A DNA stretch of 64,000 bases from Candidatus Bathyarchaeota archaeon (GCA_963714275.1 CAVQNT010000002.1:608001-672000); one strand, 5' to 3'; counted from the stretch's first letter, positions 10,559 through 21,392 are shown. Translations and numbers: made by a program. Notes: generated by a model not told the origin, from the sequence alone.

Positions 10559-11710
10559 ATGAGCGTCTACGACGAGCTAGGCGTAAAAAAGGTCATCAAC
10601 GCGTGGGGAACGATGACAAGCCTCGGCGGATCACTGATGCTTCCCGAAGTCGTCGAAGCCATGAACGAAGCAGCCACAGCATTCGTGGACATGGACGAAC
10701 TTCACAGGCAAGCAGGAAAAATCATAGCAGAAAAAACGGGCGCCGAAGCCGCTTATGTTACGTCTGGAGCTGCAGCTGCGCTTGTTCTGGCTGTAGCGGC
10801 ATGCATGACGGGCAAAGACCCCGAAAAGATGGCGCAGATACCGTACACTCAGGGCTTCAAGAACGAGGTCGTTTTGCCCTTGGTTCAGGACACTTCGTTT
10901 TCTCGGAACTTCGCCATTCCGTGCGCCAAACTAGTTAAGGTTGGAACAGAGGAAGATTACGCGCCCAGCGACATTGAACGGGCATTAACAGAAAATACGG
11001 TGGCGATTGGGTTCGTGTTTTTCACTTCGAAGCAGGGATGCGACATGGAAGCCCTAAAAGAAATCGTTGGGATCGGGAAAAAGCACAACGTGCCCGTCAT
11101 CGTTGATGCGGCTGCTGAGGTTCCACCCATAAGTAACCTTCGTGACATAGTTGCTACAGGCGCGGATCTGGTTGCTTTCAGCGGGGGAAAAGACATCCGA
11201 GGTCCCAACGACGCGGGCTTCATCATGGGCAGAGCTGACCTGATTGAGGCTGTTGCTGCTCACGGTTCGCCCCACAACTACATGGGTAGACCAATGAAGG
11301 TAAGCAAGGAACAGATCGTTGGGCTCGTAGTAGCCTTACAACACTATACTCCCGAAGCCGTGAAGGCTCGTCAAAGAAAATGGGAAAAAATGGCGCAATA
11401 CTTTGTCAAGGAATTATCATCAGAGAACGTTAAGGCGGAAAGCATCGTCCCAGACCCCGCGAAACATGAGTATTCCGCTCAGGGATGGCCACAGACTCGT
11501 CTGACCCTTGACGAAACTAAGCTCAGCATAACCGTGGCTGAAGTGAATAACCAATTGAGGACGGGGAATCCGCCAATCTATGCGTCCCAGTTCGACAATT
11601 GCCTAACGCTTAATCCGCAATGCCTTCAGGACGGCGAAGAAAAAATAATCGTTAAACGAATCAGAGAGATGCTTAAAAAGAAGATTCATCGCAAAACAAC
11701 TGAACGTTAA
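10559..11710 (+). CDS. SelA-like PLP enzyme (DgaE-like ammonia-lyase)
   Basis: VINAWGTMTSLGGS, VIVDAAAE, AFSGGK (PLP Lys), GRPMKVSKE. Confidence 0.85.
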   Translation: MSVYDELGVKKVINAWGTMTSLGGSLMLPEVVEAMNEAATAFVDMDELHRQAGKIIAEKTGAEAAYVTSGAAAALVLAVAACMTGKDPEKMAQIPYTQGFKNEVVLPLVQDTSFSRNFAIPCAKLVKVGTEEDYAPSDIERALTENTVAIGFVFFTSKQGCDMEALKEIVGIGKKHNVPVIVDAAAEVPPISNLRDIVATGADLVAFSGGKDIRGPNDAGFIMGRADLIEAVAAHGSPHNYMGRPMKVSKEQIVGLVVALQHYTPEAVKARQRKWEKMAQYFVKELSSENVKAESIVPDPAKHEYSAQGWPQTRLTLDETKLSITVAEVNNQLRTGNPPIYASQFDNCLTLNPQCLQDGEEKIIVKRIREMLKKKIHRKTTER

Positions 11711-11714
11711 CGAG

Positions 11715-12875
11715 GTGCATTTCAAAGTGAATGACACGATTGACGTGGTTGTAAAAAACGGAATCATAGTTGATCCTTCGCAGGGAATCCACGAACAAAG
11801 GGACATCGCCATTTCACATGGCAAAATTGTTGACGTGAGAAAGGGTATAAACGCTGCTGGCGCAAAACGCGTCGTGGACGCTTCTGGAATGCTCGTTGCC
11901 CCTGGGCTTGTTGACCTCCACGTTCACTGCAGCCATAACATTAACTATATTGCTGTTGACCCAGAGACTGCGTGTTTGGCGAAGGGATGCACCACCATCT
12001 TAGACGCGGGTTCAACTGGCGAACTCAATTTTATGGGTTTCCGAAAATACGTAATAGACACGTCAAAAACAAGGATTTTGGCGCTCCTGAACATCGAGTC
12101 TCTCGGCATGGTCGAGTTTTCCCGAGCGAACCAGAAGTGGTCTCAACTCATTACGGGTCAGGATAGCATGTTCATCAATGTTGAAGGCGCCTGCGAAGTC
12201 ATCAACAAAAATAGAGACGCCATAGTTGGCTTGAAATGGGCTCATCACGGAATAGAAGGGCTGGCGCTTGCCCGAAAAGCTGCTGACGAAGCTGGCTGCA
12301 TCGTGATGGCTGAGAACCATCATCAGCCTGAATGCCTAAAATACCTGAGGAAGGGAGATGTTGTCACTCACCTTTTTCACGGTTTACGCATGGAACAACA
12401 CGACGGACTGCTTGACGCAGATGGCAAGGTTCAACCAGAATTCTTTGAGGCGAAAAAACGGGGAGTCATGTTTGATCTGGGGCATGGCGCCCGAAGCTTC
12501 ACTTGGGAAGTGGCTGAAAAAGGTTTAAGCCAAGGAATAAAGCCTGACACTTTGGGCACAGACCTTCACGTTGAAAATTTGAGTGGACCCGTCTTCGACC
12601 TGCCGACGACCATGTCTAAGCTTCTGCTATTAGGCAGGTCTCTCGACGAAGTAATTGAAGCCTGCACCTTCACGCCTGCAAAAGTCCTGGGTAAGCACGA
12701 CAAAATTGGAACCCTGAAGGTCGGCGCATACGCAGACGTTGCCATCCTTAAGCTTCAGAAAGGAAAATACGCCTTTACTGACACGAAGGAAGAAGGAAGA
12801 ATCGGAAAACAGAAGCTGACCGTCAAAGGGGTAATCAAAGACAACGAAATAATTGTTCAGCCCGTAAAAAAATAG
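11715..12875 (+). CDS. Amidohydrolase/deacetylase (dihydroorotase-like family)
   Basis: PGLVDLHVH, DAGS, DLGHG, GTDLH, GTLKVGAYAD. Confidence 0.85.
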   Translation: MHFKVNDTIDVVVKNGIIVDPSQGIHEQRDIAISHGKIVDVRKGINAAGAKRVVDASGMLVAPGLVDLHVHCSHNINYIAVDPETACLAKGCTTILDAGSTGELNFMGFRKYVIDTSKTRILALLNIESLGMVEFSRANQKWSQLITGQDSMFINVEGACEVINKNRDAIVGLKWAHHGIEGLALARKAADEAGCIVMAENHHQPECLKYLRKGDVVTHLFHGLRMEQHDGLLDADGKVQPEFFEAKKRGVMFDLGHGARSFTWEVAEKGLSQGIKPDTLGTDLHVENLSGPVFDLPTTMSKLLLLGRSLDEVIEACTFTPAKVLGKHDKIGTLKVGAYADVAILKLQKGKYAFTDTKEEGRIGKQKLTVKGVIKDNEIIVQPVKK

Positions 12876-12965
12876 ATTGTTATCTGAACCGAAGGACATA
12901 TTTCAATCTTAAGCCAAAGATTTGTTGCAGCCAATTAACTAAGACTGTGTGGAGAAAAGGGTAAA

Positions 12966-14558
12966 ATGAACAAAAACCGCGACGACAATATTCCTCACCT
13001 GCGCAAAAAGGGCACAGCCACGCAGCTCATCGTAGACGGCGAACCGTTCGTCATGCTGGGCGGAGAACTGCACAACTCAAGCTCTTCCAGCCTAACATAC
13101 ATGGAGCCAATCTGGTCACGTCTTGTATCGCTCGGTTTAAACATGGTCTTGGCGCCGGTCTCTTGGGAGCTCGTTGAACCTGAGGAAGAAAAATTCGACT
13201 TTACCATAGTAGACGGACTCATCAAAGAAGCACGTAGGCACAAGCTTAGACTCGTCTTCCTCTGGTTCGGAACCTGGAAAAACACCAGCTCATCCTACGC
13301 GCCTACGTGGGTAAAAACCGACCTCAAACGGTTCCCCCGAGCTCACTGTCACAAGGCAGGAACACCGACGCGGTTTCATGTTTCAGTAAGGCTGCCTGCC
13401 TAGCTGATGCCCGTGCGTTCAGCGCATTAATGAAGCACATCCGCGAGGTCGACGACCAAGAACACACCGTCATCATGATGCAGGTTGAAAACGAGGTAGG
13501 CATCCTAAGGACTCCGCGCGACCGCTGCCAAATGGCTGAAGAACGTTTCGCCCAGCAAGCCCCGAAGGAGTTAATGAAGAATCTGCAGGCTCACGCTGAT
13601 TGTCTTATCCCTTACCTTCAACATATGTGGGAGGCAGCAGGCAGTAAGACAGACTGGGACGTGGAAGGAGATTTTCGGTTCAGGCGCAGACGAGGTTTTC
13701 ATGGCATGGTACATCGCAAAATATGTAAACGCAGTGACTAGAGCGGGCAAGGCTGAGTATCCGATTCCCATGTATGCTAACGCGTGGCTGGGACCCCAAC
13801 ACGAAGGGCAGCAGCCCGGCGACTACCCAAGCGGCGGACCAATTGCACGCATGATGGACGTGTGGCGGGCAGCTGCTCCAAACATCGACTTCTTGGCTCC
13901 TGACATCTACCTTGAGGATTTCCGCGGAGTCTGCTGCGAGTATACGCAGTCCGGGAACCCGTTGATGATTCCTGAGGCTCGAGGCGATGAACAAGCTGCA
14001 GCAAACGTTTTTTACGCTGTTGCCATGCACGACGCGTTGTGTTTTTCGCCGTTCGCTGTAGACTCGATCGTTGAGCCGCATCCGTTGACCGCAAGTTACA
14101 TGCTGCTTTCGGAAATGATGCCCGTCATAGCAGAGCATCACGGCATGGGGCGGATGATCGGCTTCGCGGATGACCCATCGTATGGTCCAAGGTACAACGT
14201 TTTCACAGGTGGAATGACGAGAGGCTTCGACTGCGAACTAGGCGGCTACTGGCTGCGCGTACGCTTCAACAGGCCACTTGAAACGGGGAAGGTTCCAGCT
14301 GCAGGACTCATCATCGCTTCGGAGGACGACGAATACATCGTGGCTGGCGCAGGTTTCACGCTCAGTTTTGCACCTAAGCCTGGAGAAGAGGTAAACATCG
14401 AAATATTGACGCTTGACGAGGGCAGATTCGAAAAAGGCAGGTGGATTCCAAGCCGACGCTTAAACGGCGACGAGTCCCAAGGCGGCAAACTTGTCTACAT
14501 GGGCGACGAACTATGCGTCCGCAAAGCCAAAATATACAGTTACTCCTTGACACAGTGA
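12966..14558 (+). CDS. GH35 beta-galactosidase-like protein with DUF5597 C-terminus, indels near 13345 and 13652
   Basis: GGELHNSSSS, LWFGTWKN, MQVENE, YPSGGP, APDIY, IPE, RRLNGDE across three ORFs. Confidence 0.88.
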
Positions 14559-14608
14559 AACAAACGAAATTAATCTATGTTGCGGAAAATTTTTTTGGGA
14601 GTGTACGT

Positions 14609-15145
14609 ATGAAGCAGGCTGTGATAGTGTATTGGTCCAAAACTGGGAACACGGAGAAGGTGGCACAAGCAATTAGAGAGGGCTTAGAGGAAGCTGGCAT
14701 AAAAGTCACGGTTAAGAGACTGGAGGACGCTGAAGACCTTGATTTCTTTGGTTACGACCTTGTTTGCGTGGGCTTTCCATCCGTCCAGTGGCATCCTCCC
14801 AAGCCGATGACGGAGTTTCTACAAAAGAAGTTCATTCAGTACCGCGAGCAGGGAAAAGTAAAACTCAGCGCTCCAAATGTGGCGGGAAAGAACGCCCTCG
14901 TTTTCTGTACGTATTCGGGTCCCCACACTGGAATCGACGAGGCTGTCCCTGCAGGCAAGTACGTTGGACAGTTCTTTGAGCATCTAGGCTTCAATGTCAT
15001 AGACGAATGGTATGTCCTCAGCGAGTTCCACGGTTCAGAAGAAAACAGCACAAAAGGCAAAATGGGCAACATAAAAGGCAAACCAAACAACGAAGACCTA
15101 AGAAAAATAATGAACAAAGCCCAAACAATAGCCAGTCAACTTTAA
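14609..15145 (+). CDS. Flavodoxin-like protein
   Basis: YWSKTGNTEKVA FMN-binding loop; ATG at 14609 after GGGAG. Confidence 0.85.
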   Translation: MKQAVIVYWSKTGNTEKVAQAIREGLEEAGIKVTVKRLEDAEDLDFFGYDLVCVGFPSVQWHPPKPMTEFLQKKFIQYREQGKVKLSAPNVAGKNALVFCTYSGPHTGIDEAVPAGKYVGQFFEHLGFNVIDEWYVLSEFHGSEENSTKGKMGNIKGKPNNEDLRKIMNKAQTIASQL

Positions 15146-15199
15146 TTTACTTCTAATATACTCTTTCTAAAAATTCCTTCTTTTTCAGCAATATAGATT

Positions 15200-15366
15200 T
15201 GGCGCCGGGGGTGGGATTTGAACCCACGCGGCCACATGGGCCACAGACTGTTTGGCTTTTTTGCGCCATTTTTGGAGACTCCAGGCTTAAGCTCCCTTTC
15301 TATATGGGGATCTGCTCCATACCTGGTTTCCCGCCTTGTTTTCTTAAGGCTCTAGGAGACCCCGGC
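15200..15366 (-). tRNA. tRNA-Ser(GGA) with three introns (15/16, 29/30, 37/38), CCA encoded
   Basis: Acceptor GCCGGGG/CCCCGGC, discriminator G, long variable arm, TTCAAAT loop; removing 15327-15351, 15287-15311 and 15250-15278 gives an 88-nt cloverleaf. Confidence 0.9.
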
Positions 15367-15439
15367 TTTTGGGTGCGCCTTGAATGTTTTTGGTGTTTGA
15401 GTCTATTTAATCTTTCACAAAAAAAACAAAGTTGCAGTT

Positions 15440-16471
15440 CTATTGTTTGGTGTGCCAGAGCTTCGGGTACGTTCCTCGGGGCATGAGGACCCTGTTGTTT
15501 CTTGCGACTATACCGTGGTTTTTCTTGAGGATCTCCTGAGTCTTTGCGGTTGCAGTCGCTAGAGCTACGGCTTCGCCCTTCAACGTATAGATGCATGTCT
15601 CGGTATCTGGTTCGATGCCTGTTTCCAGCGAGACAACGCCTGGCGCGGTTAAGTGAGCTCCATGACACAAAGCGTCCACGGCTGAGTCCCTGACATTAAT
15701 TTTAGGCAACAGTTCTAGGGCTTTCTCCATGGGCATGATGAACTTTCTGAGAATGTTTAGGTCCTGGGTTTTCTGCCATTCGCTATGCAGGTAAACCATG
15801 TCGTGCAGGGTGACGATGTTCGCTGTTTCGGTGAAGGGTCCTGACCTCGTCCTCCTGAGCTCGTGCATGTGGGCTCCGCATCCCAGAACCTCTCCTACGT
15901 CGTGGCAAAGCTCCTGATATAAGTGCCAGCTTCGCAGTCGACCTTGAAAAGGACGTTTCTTCCATCAACCTCTAGGACATCGAGAAAATAGATTTTACGA
16001 ATCCTAATCTGTCTTTTCACCGACGCGCGGATAGGCGGTCTCTGAAAAATTTTTCCCTGAAACTCCTCAAGAACTTGTTTAACGCGGTTCTCAGGCAAAT
16101 CTTGATGAACCTTCATGACGCAAACGTATTCTTTCCCAGAACCCAGCAACGCATGAACAACCTTCGTTGCTTCCTCGAGGGCCACAGGTAACACGCCTGT
16201 CACTTTGGGATATCCTTGACCAACTATGTGCCTAGGTCTCTAAGGTCCCGCCGTGACCCGCCTGTTTCACGCCTAGAAGGCGTCTCACCCAAGCTGCGAC
16301 CTCGTGGCTTGAGGGTCCCGGAGGCTTGTCCAAGTTTATGACGCCGAACCTGAGCATGTCGGGATATGGTCTTTCTTCAGGCTTGCATCCGCTGTTCGGG
16401 TCGGTTTCCACCTCCGACTTGGTAAGGAACTCCCGTTTCACGGTCCATGGAGGGGGGATACTGGGCATCAT
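15440..16471 (-). CDS. cbf5: H/ACA pseudouridine synthase Cbf5, with a 28-nt intron plus an indel near 15910
   Basis: LDKPPGPSSHEV, GHGGTL[D]PKVTGVLP, GTYIR, ELRRTRSG, PUA domain. Confidence 0.95.
16212..16239 (-). other. BHB-type pre-mRNA intron in cbf5
   Basis: GGGA-CCTT-AG|A-GACC...GGTC-AAGG-AT|A-TCCC forms a strict BHB; excision restores TTA GAT CCC AAA GTG (LDPKV). Confidence 0.92.
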
Positions 16472-16532
16472 GTTTTCCTCTAGACAGAATGAAGGTGAAT
16501 TGCGGGTTAAAAAGGTTAAGGATTCCGCCCGT

Positions 16533-16808
16533 TTATTCTGCCTTTTTCTTTTTAGGTTTTTCGGATTTTTCGGGCACGCCGAGGGCTTGAGCGACCTCTT
16601 CGTCTGTTGCTCCGCGCTTTATTTTTACTATTTCTTCAGTAAGTTTCAGGTGGTTTACGTTGACTCGTCTTCGTTTCACGCCGGAAGCAGATTTCGGTCC
16701 AGTTACGAGGACGAAGTTTTTGTCGACGACATCGACGATGACACATTTTTTGTCAGCTTCTCTGCCCGTCGTCTTTACGCACACTCTTCCAACCTCAATA
16801 GCAGGCAT
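16533..16808 (-). CDS. rpl14e: 50S ribosomal protein eL14
   Basis: MPAIEVGRVCVKTTGREA...VKRRRVNVNHL; upstream of cbf5 as in many archaea. Confidence 0.95.
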   Translation of the reverse strand: MPAIEVGRVCVKTTGREADKKCVIVDVVDKNFVLVTGPKSASGVKRRRVNVNHLKLTEEIVKIKRGATDEEVAQALGVPEKSEKPKKKKAE

Positions 16809-16901
16809 CACGGAACCTCCATTTCCTCTCTGAAGAAACAATCAACTCATAAATAAACATTAAGGAAAATGTTTCATGCACGTTCTCTGATGCTTGAATT
16901 A

Positions 16902-17745
16902 TTAGGATTTTCTGGGCTTCTCCATTAGATTTTTCTTGAAGCTAAGGGTTCCATCCTTGAAATGGGGCTTTCTGAGAACAGTGTCGCTGCTTTTCTCGAT
17001 TTCGCGGGCTTCATCCACAAGTCTGGCGGCTGCCCTCATCATTTCGTGGGCTGCAGCAACCATGGGCACATAGGCGTTTGGGTCCTGAACTTTGAAACAT
17101 GCTTCCGTTGTTATTTTTGCTACTTGACAAGCCGTCTCGTAGGCTGCTAATGCTTTTGCTTTCGCGTATGGGTTTGAGAATCCAGCTGCTTCCACCGCTT
17201 TGGCTCCATCTATGACTATTCTAGGAGTCTCAAGTTTTGTGCCAGATTTTATGGAATTTATTGTCTTTTCTATGGTTTCGACGATGAGGTTGAAGGCTCC
17301 TGTTTCAGCCAAGACTTTTATTATGTCGGAGTTGTAGGCTGCCATCTCGGTTGGGTCGAGGAACTCTCTTCGGGCGCCAATTATCGAGTCGGCTTCCACG
17401 ATTATGTATCCTAAGCCTATATCCTCCATTTCCTTAGCGACCTTCTTGGTGGGACTGTCGGAAACCACTATTGCAGGCGTCTTTGCGGCAGTCTATCATT
17501 CTGCGGGCTTCGGTTGGTCCCGGCGTTGCCTGCGCTGGACCGACGAGAATTATGAGGTTTGTTTTCTGTTCCAACAGTTGTTTCGTGGCTTCTGCGCACT
17601 GTTTTGGTCCGAGCTTGGCACCTGAACCTGAAACTCTGACGTCGATATCGGTTCTTTCAGCCCTTTCATCCAAAAGAAATTCAATTAACGGCAAGGTTCC
17701 GATGCAGCCGAGCTTCAGGACGCCTATTTTTAATGCTTCGGTCAT
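16902..17745 (-). CDS. mtd: F420-dependent methylene-H4MPT dehydrogenase, indel near 17491
   Basis: KLGCIGT, LLDERAER, GSGAKL, IGARREFLDPTEMA, FSNPYAKAKA. Confidence 0.92.
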
Positions 17746-18747
17746 TTCGGCTTCTCCACCATTTTCTGCGCGATTTCCTGAGCCTTCACAGCATCCTCCG
17801 CCGTCACCTGAGGCTGCCTGTTTTGTTGTACGCATTCTATGAAGTGGTTGTCGAGTCTGGTAATGCCCCCACATCCTCGTGCCCTTCACCTCAACAGGCA
17901 CTTCTTTCGGTTCAGGATCCGAGCCATAGACAACTATCTTGTTGTTCCAGACCGCGTGTAGAACGTTCGTGTTGTCTCCGTAGACTTCAAGCCTGCTTGT
18001 GCTAGCCAACTGATTCACGGTGGCGCCGTAATGCAGAGAACCCACGATTCCTTTTCGGAGTTTGATTGTGCCCATCGTGTTGTAGCCGAGGATTCCGCCG
18101 AATTCTTTAAGCGGGGCGTAATTGGTCATCCACTCAACCTTCGCTATTTCGTCCTCGAACAGCCACCTCAGCATATCAATCGACCAAACTGAAAGCGTGA
18201 AATCGGGATACCCGCCGCTTTTGCTGATGTCCCACGCCCACGAGTCAGCAGGCCACTGTTCAGCTAAAGCAGCCGCGGGAATGAACTCCCTGAAATGCAC
18301 CGCAACGGGGTTCCTGACAACGCCTTCCTGAATCATCTCTTTCACCTTAACGTAAACGGGAGCAAACCTGAAGTTCAGAACAGGCATCAGTATAACGCTG
18401 TTTTTTTGGGCTGTCTCCGCCATCTTCTTAACTTGCTCAATCGTCGGCGCCAACGGCATTTCGCATAAAACGTGCTTGCCCTTTTCTATGGCTTTCATCG
18501 CCGATTCGTAGTGGAACGGCGTTGGCACAGACAAAACCACCGCATCAACTTCGGGATCACTTAGAATCTTTTCGTAGTCTAGGCAGTACTTTACGCCGTA
18601 CTTTTCTGAAAGCGCCTTCACTCTTTTTTCTGTCCTTGCGCCTATGACAATCAGGTTTGAGCCAGGTATCTTCCTGAAAGCCGGGACATGCGCTTTTCCG
18701 CCAACGAATCCCACTCCAATCACGGCTACTCCAATGTTGTCAGCCAT
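17742..18747 (-). CDS. Gfo/Idh/MocA oxidoreductase, indel near 17856
   Basis: IGVGFVG Rossmann motif, GKHVLCEMP, NFRF; the corrected frame ends at a TGA overlapping the mtd ATG. Confidence 0.88.
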
Positions 18748-18895
18748 TGCATTTCATCACCAAACATTCCTTAGATAGTAGAAGACGGTTTAAAAACCTA
18801 ATCGCTTTTTTAAGCTATAGGCAAAACATAAATCGTAACAAAAAAGCATACATTCACCGTTGTTCTTTAAAAAATAATGTAAAGGTGTCGGATTC

Positions 18896-19657
18896 ATGAA
18901 GCTCATAGACACGCATGCACACTTAGAGGACATAGAACGATTAGACGAAGCTCTCGTAAGGGCTGAAGATGCAGGAGTAACCGCGGTCATCACGATGGGC
19001 GCTGATAACAAATCCAACAACTGGGTACTGAATGAAGGCGTAAAACATGGAAGACATGGGCTGAAAATCTACCCAGCTCTGGGCATTCATCCGGGCTGGA
19101 TAGATGTTTCAAGGGTTGACGCTGACATACAGTTCACTGAAGACAACATCAGCAAGGTCGCAGCCGTAGGCGAAATAGGGCTGGACTACTGGTACAAGGC
19201 GGTCAGAAAGGACGAGGAGAAAAAAGCCCTGCAACGAGCCACCTTCAGAAGACTGCTCGAAATCGCGGAGAAACACGGCAAACCCGTCTCGATTCACAGC
19301 AGAGGAGCGTGGGCAGACTGCGTCAACATAACCGTTGAAACAGGAACCAAGAAAGCGGTCTTCCACTGGTTCACGGGTTCCTTGGACGATTTAGGGAGGC
19401 TTCTGGACCATGGCTACTACGTTTCAGCTACGCCTGCAGCAGCCTACAGCAAAGAACACAGAGCCACGATCGAAAACGCTCCTTTGGAACGGATTCTGTT
19501 AGAAACCGATTCGCCCGTCTCGTACAAGGGTGAACCCGCGGAGCCCAGCCATGTTCACAAAGCTCTCGCTGCAGTGGCTGAGCTGAAAAAAGAGAAACAG
19601 GAAATAGTGGCAGAAGTGACCACGGAGAACGCTGAGACCGTGTTTGGAATCGGATGA
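18896..19657 (+). CDS. tatD: TatD family nuclease
   Basis: DTHAH, GIHP, GEIGLD, IHSR, LETDSP. Confidence 0.92.
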   Translation: MKLIDTHAHLEDIERLDEALVRAEDAGVTAVITMGADNKSNNWVLNEGVKHGRHGLKIYPALGIHPGWIDVSRVDADIQFTEDNISKVAAVGEIGLDYWYKAVRKDEEKKALQRATFRRLLEIAEKHGKPVSIHSRGAWADCVNITVETGTKKAVFHWFTGSLDDLGRLLDHGYYVSATPAAAYSKEHRATIENAPLERILLETDSPVSYKGEPAEPSHVHKALAAVAELKKEKQEIVAEVTTENAETVFGIG

Positions 19658-19680
19658 ACATTTTTTAGCGACGATGGGTC

Positions 19681-20571
19681 TTAACTTATTATTTTAACAA
19701 CGTTTCCGTTTCTAGGTACGCTTAACGTGTCAGCGACCAATGAGCACTTTGCCCTCAGGACATATACTATGGGTTTCGGTAAGACATGTTCAACTTCAGT
19801 TAGGCTTTCGTAGTTTCCCTGTCCCTTGGCAATTATGACGTCAGCGGTGTGCAGATGTTCCAGAAGTTCAAATGACGATTCATCAAGGTTCATGCCAATG
19901 TGGTCGTTTCCCGTCGTGATTACCTCAGCGACCTCTTCAAGCCCAACTTGCTTGGCGTCCTCTAAGGTTGCGTCGTTCAGGATTGGACCTGATTTTACGA
20001 CTGCGTAGACCTTGACTGGAAAGTTGTCGGTGATTGTTTTGATGAAGAATGTGTCAAACACGATTTCTCCAGCGTTGTCTAACAAATAAACGACCCTTTT
20101 CGACCTTGAGAGAGCTTCCGCAAGCTTCGGCGTGTCATCTATAGCTAAAGTTCCATCCAAGCATGCACAGAGAGAAGACTCCAGCTCATCCATGGAGAAC
20201 TGGTGCCCCTCTACCTCGAAGTCAATCGTGTTCCCACAAATGGCGCCCAAGGCTGCAAGCCTGAAAGCGTCCGTGAACTCAAGCTGGGCACATTTCTTTT
20301 CCAACACTTTGACGACACGTAGCGCAATTTCGTTAGAAGCCTTCTTCAATTCCTTAAACGGGTCTGGATTGCCTGTGATTTTTTTAGCCATCCTTTGGAC
20401 GTGAGTGTGAAATGCAGCTGGTGTCTCATTCAGCACCCCGGGATTTTCAGCCAACCACTTCATCGTTTCAAAAACTAGTTTACCCTGAAGCTCCTTGTCT
20501 TTGGTTGCCTTCATGGCGATGTCGAGGGCTGTCCTAACTGTGCATGGGAGGCAAAGCAGCTCGCCTTTCAT
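19681..20571 (-). CDS. DUF89/ARMT1-like damage-control phosphatase
   Basis: CxxC N-terminus, GNTIDF, DNAGEIVFD, PILNDAT, KGQGNYESL. Confidence 0.9.
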   Translation of the reverse strand: MKGELLCLPCTVRTALDIAMKATKDKELQGKLVFETMKWLAENPGVLNETPAAFHTHVQRMAKKITGNPDPFKELKKASNEIALRVVKVLEKKCAQLEFTDAFRLAALGAICGNTIDFEVEGHQFSMDELESSLCACLDGTLAIDDTPKLAEALSRSKRVVYLLDNAGEIVFDTFFIKTITDNFPVKVYAVVKSGPILNDATLEDAKQVGLEEVAEVITTGNDHIGMNLDESSFELLEHLHTADVIIAKGQGNYESLTEVEHVLPKPIVYVLRAKCSLVADTLSVPRNGNVVKIIS

Positions 20572-20699
20572 TGGCTTGTTCTCCTCGAAGGTTCATTAGT
20601 TTCGCATCACTAAACAGGTTGAGGTTAATAAACGCTGAGTGCCGAGGTTTGTAACGCTTTTGAGCTCTTTCAGCTGATAAGCTTGTTGGATGAGGATTC

Positions 20700-21392
20700 A
20701 TGTCTGCGAGAAACCGAGTTGTCGTTGACGAACGGGAGAAACCTTCAGGCGTGCCCCTGCTGTTGAGGGATCTCGGATTGATGGTTGACTTCCGAATGCT
20801 CGATGTCGGAGACTACGTTGTACCCGGATATGCCATTGAACGCAAAGAAGCAAAGGATTTCCTGAAGTCCCTTTATTCACACCGCATTTTCGATCAGGCT
20901 CACAGGCTACGTGAAGTTTACGAAAATCCCGTTCTAATCGTAGAAGGAGATGTTGCCCAGATCATAAACCGCGGAATAAAGCCACAAGCCTACTGGGGAG
21001 CCATAGCAGCCTTGTCTTTCAACTTTGGATTAAAAGTGTTTTTTACTCCCAACCAGACGCAAACAGCCAACTTGATTTTTGCGTTGAGGAGAAAGAAGCC
21101 GCCCGTGTTGAAGGGGCCAATTGTTAAAAGGACACGTAGAGTCGAGAACATTGAAACAATGCAGCTTCAGCTTGTTTCCGCCCTTCCTGGTGTAGGCTTG
21201 AAGCTTGCGGATCGAATACTTACAAAATTTCAGACAGTCCGTTCGGTCTTTTCAGCCTCTGCAGCTGAGCTTTCAACGGTCAAGGGAGTAGGTAAAGTCA
21301 CAGCAGGCAAGGTCTTAAGTGCCTTTGACACTCCTTACCGTCCGTTTCTTAAACGTCCGCAACAACTTAGGCTTGACGGGAGCAATCCTTAA
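20700..21392 (+). CDS. xpf: Short XPF (ERCC4 nuclease + HhH) endonuclease
   Basis: VDERE, GDY, IERK, tandem HhH motifs. Confidence 0.9.
   Translation: MSARNRVVVDEREKPSGVPLLLRDLGLMVDFRMLDVGDYVVPGYAIERKEAKDFLKSLYSHRIFDQAHRLREVYENPVLIVEGDVAQIINRGIKPQAYWGAIAALSFNFGLKVFFTPNQTQTANLIFALRRKKPPVLKGPIVKRTRRVENIETMQLQLVSALPGVGLKLADRILTKFQTVRSVFSASAAELSTVKGVGKVTAGKVLSAFDTPYRPFLKRPQQLRLDGSNP

Noticed and set aside
10559-11710. Selenocysteine synthase
   Set aside because: Length, motifs and neighbours fit the DgaE-like subfamily; archaea use SepSecS for Sec synthesis
17434-18747. Gfo/Idh/MocA-Mtd fusion protein in the ORF track
   Set aside because: Created by the indel near 17856; the corrected frame stops at 17742
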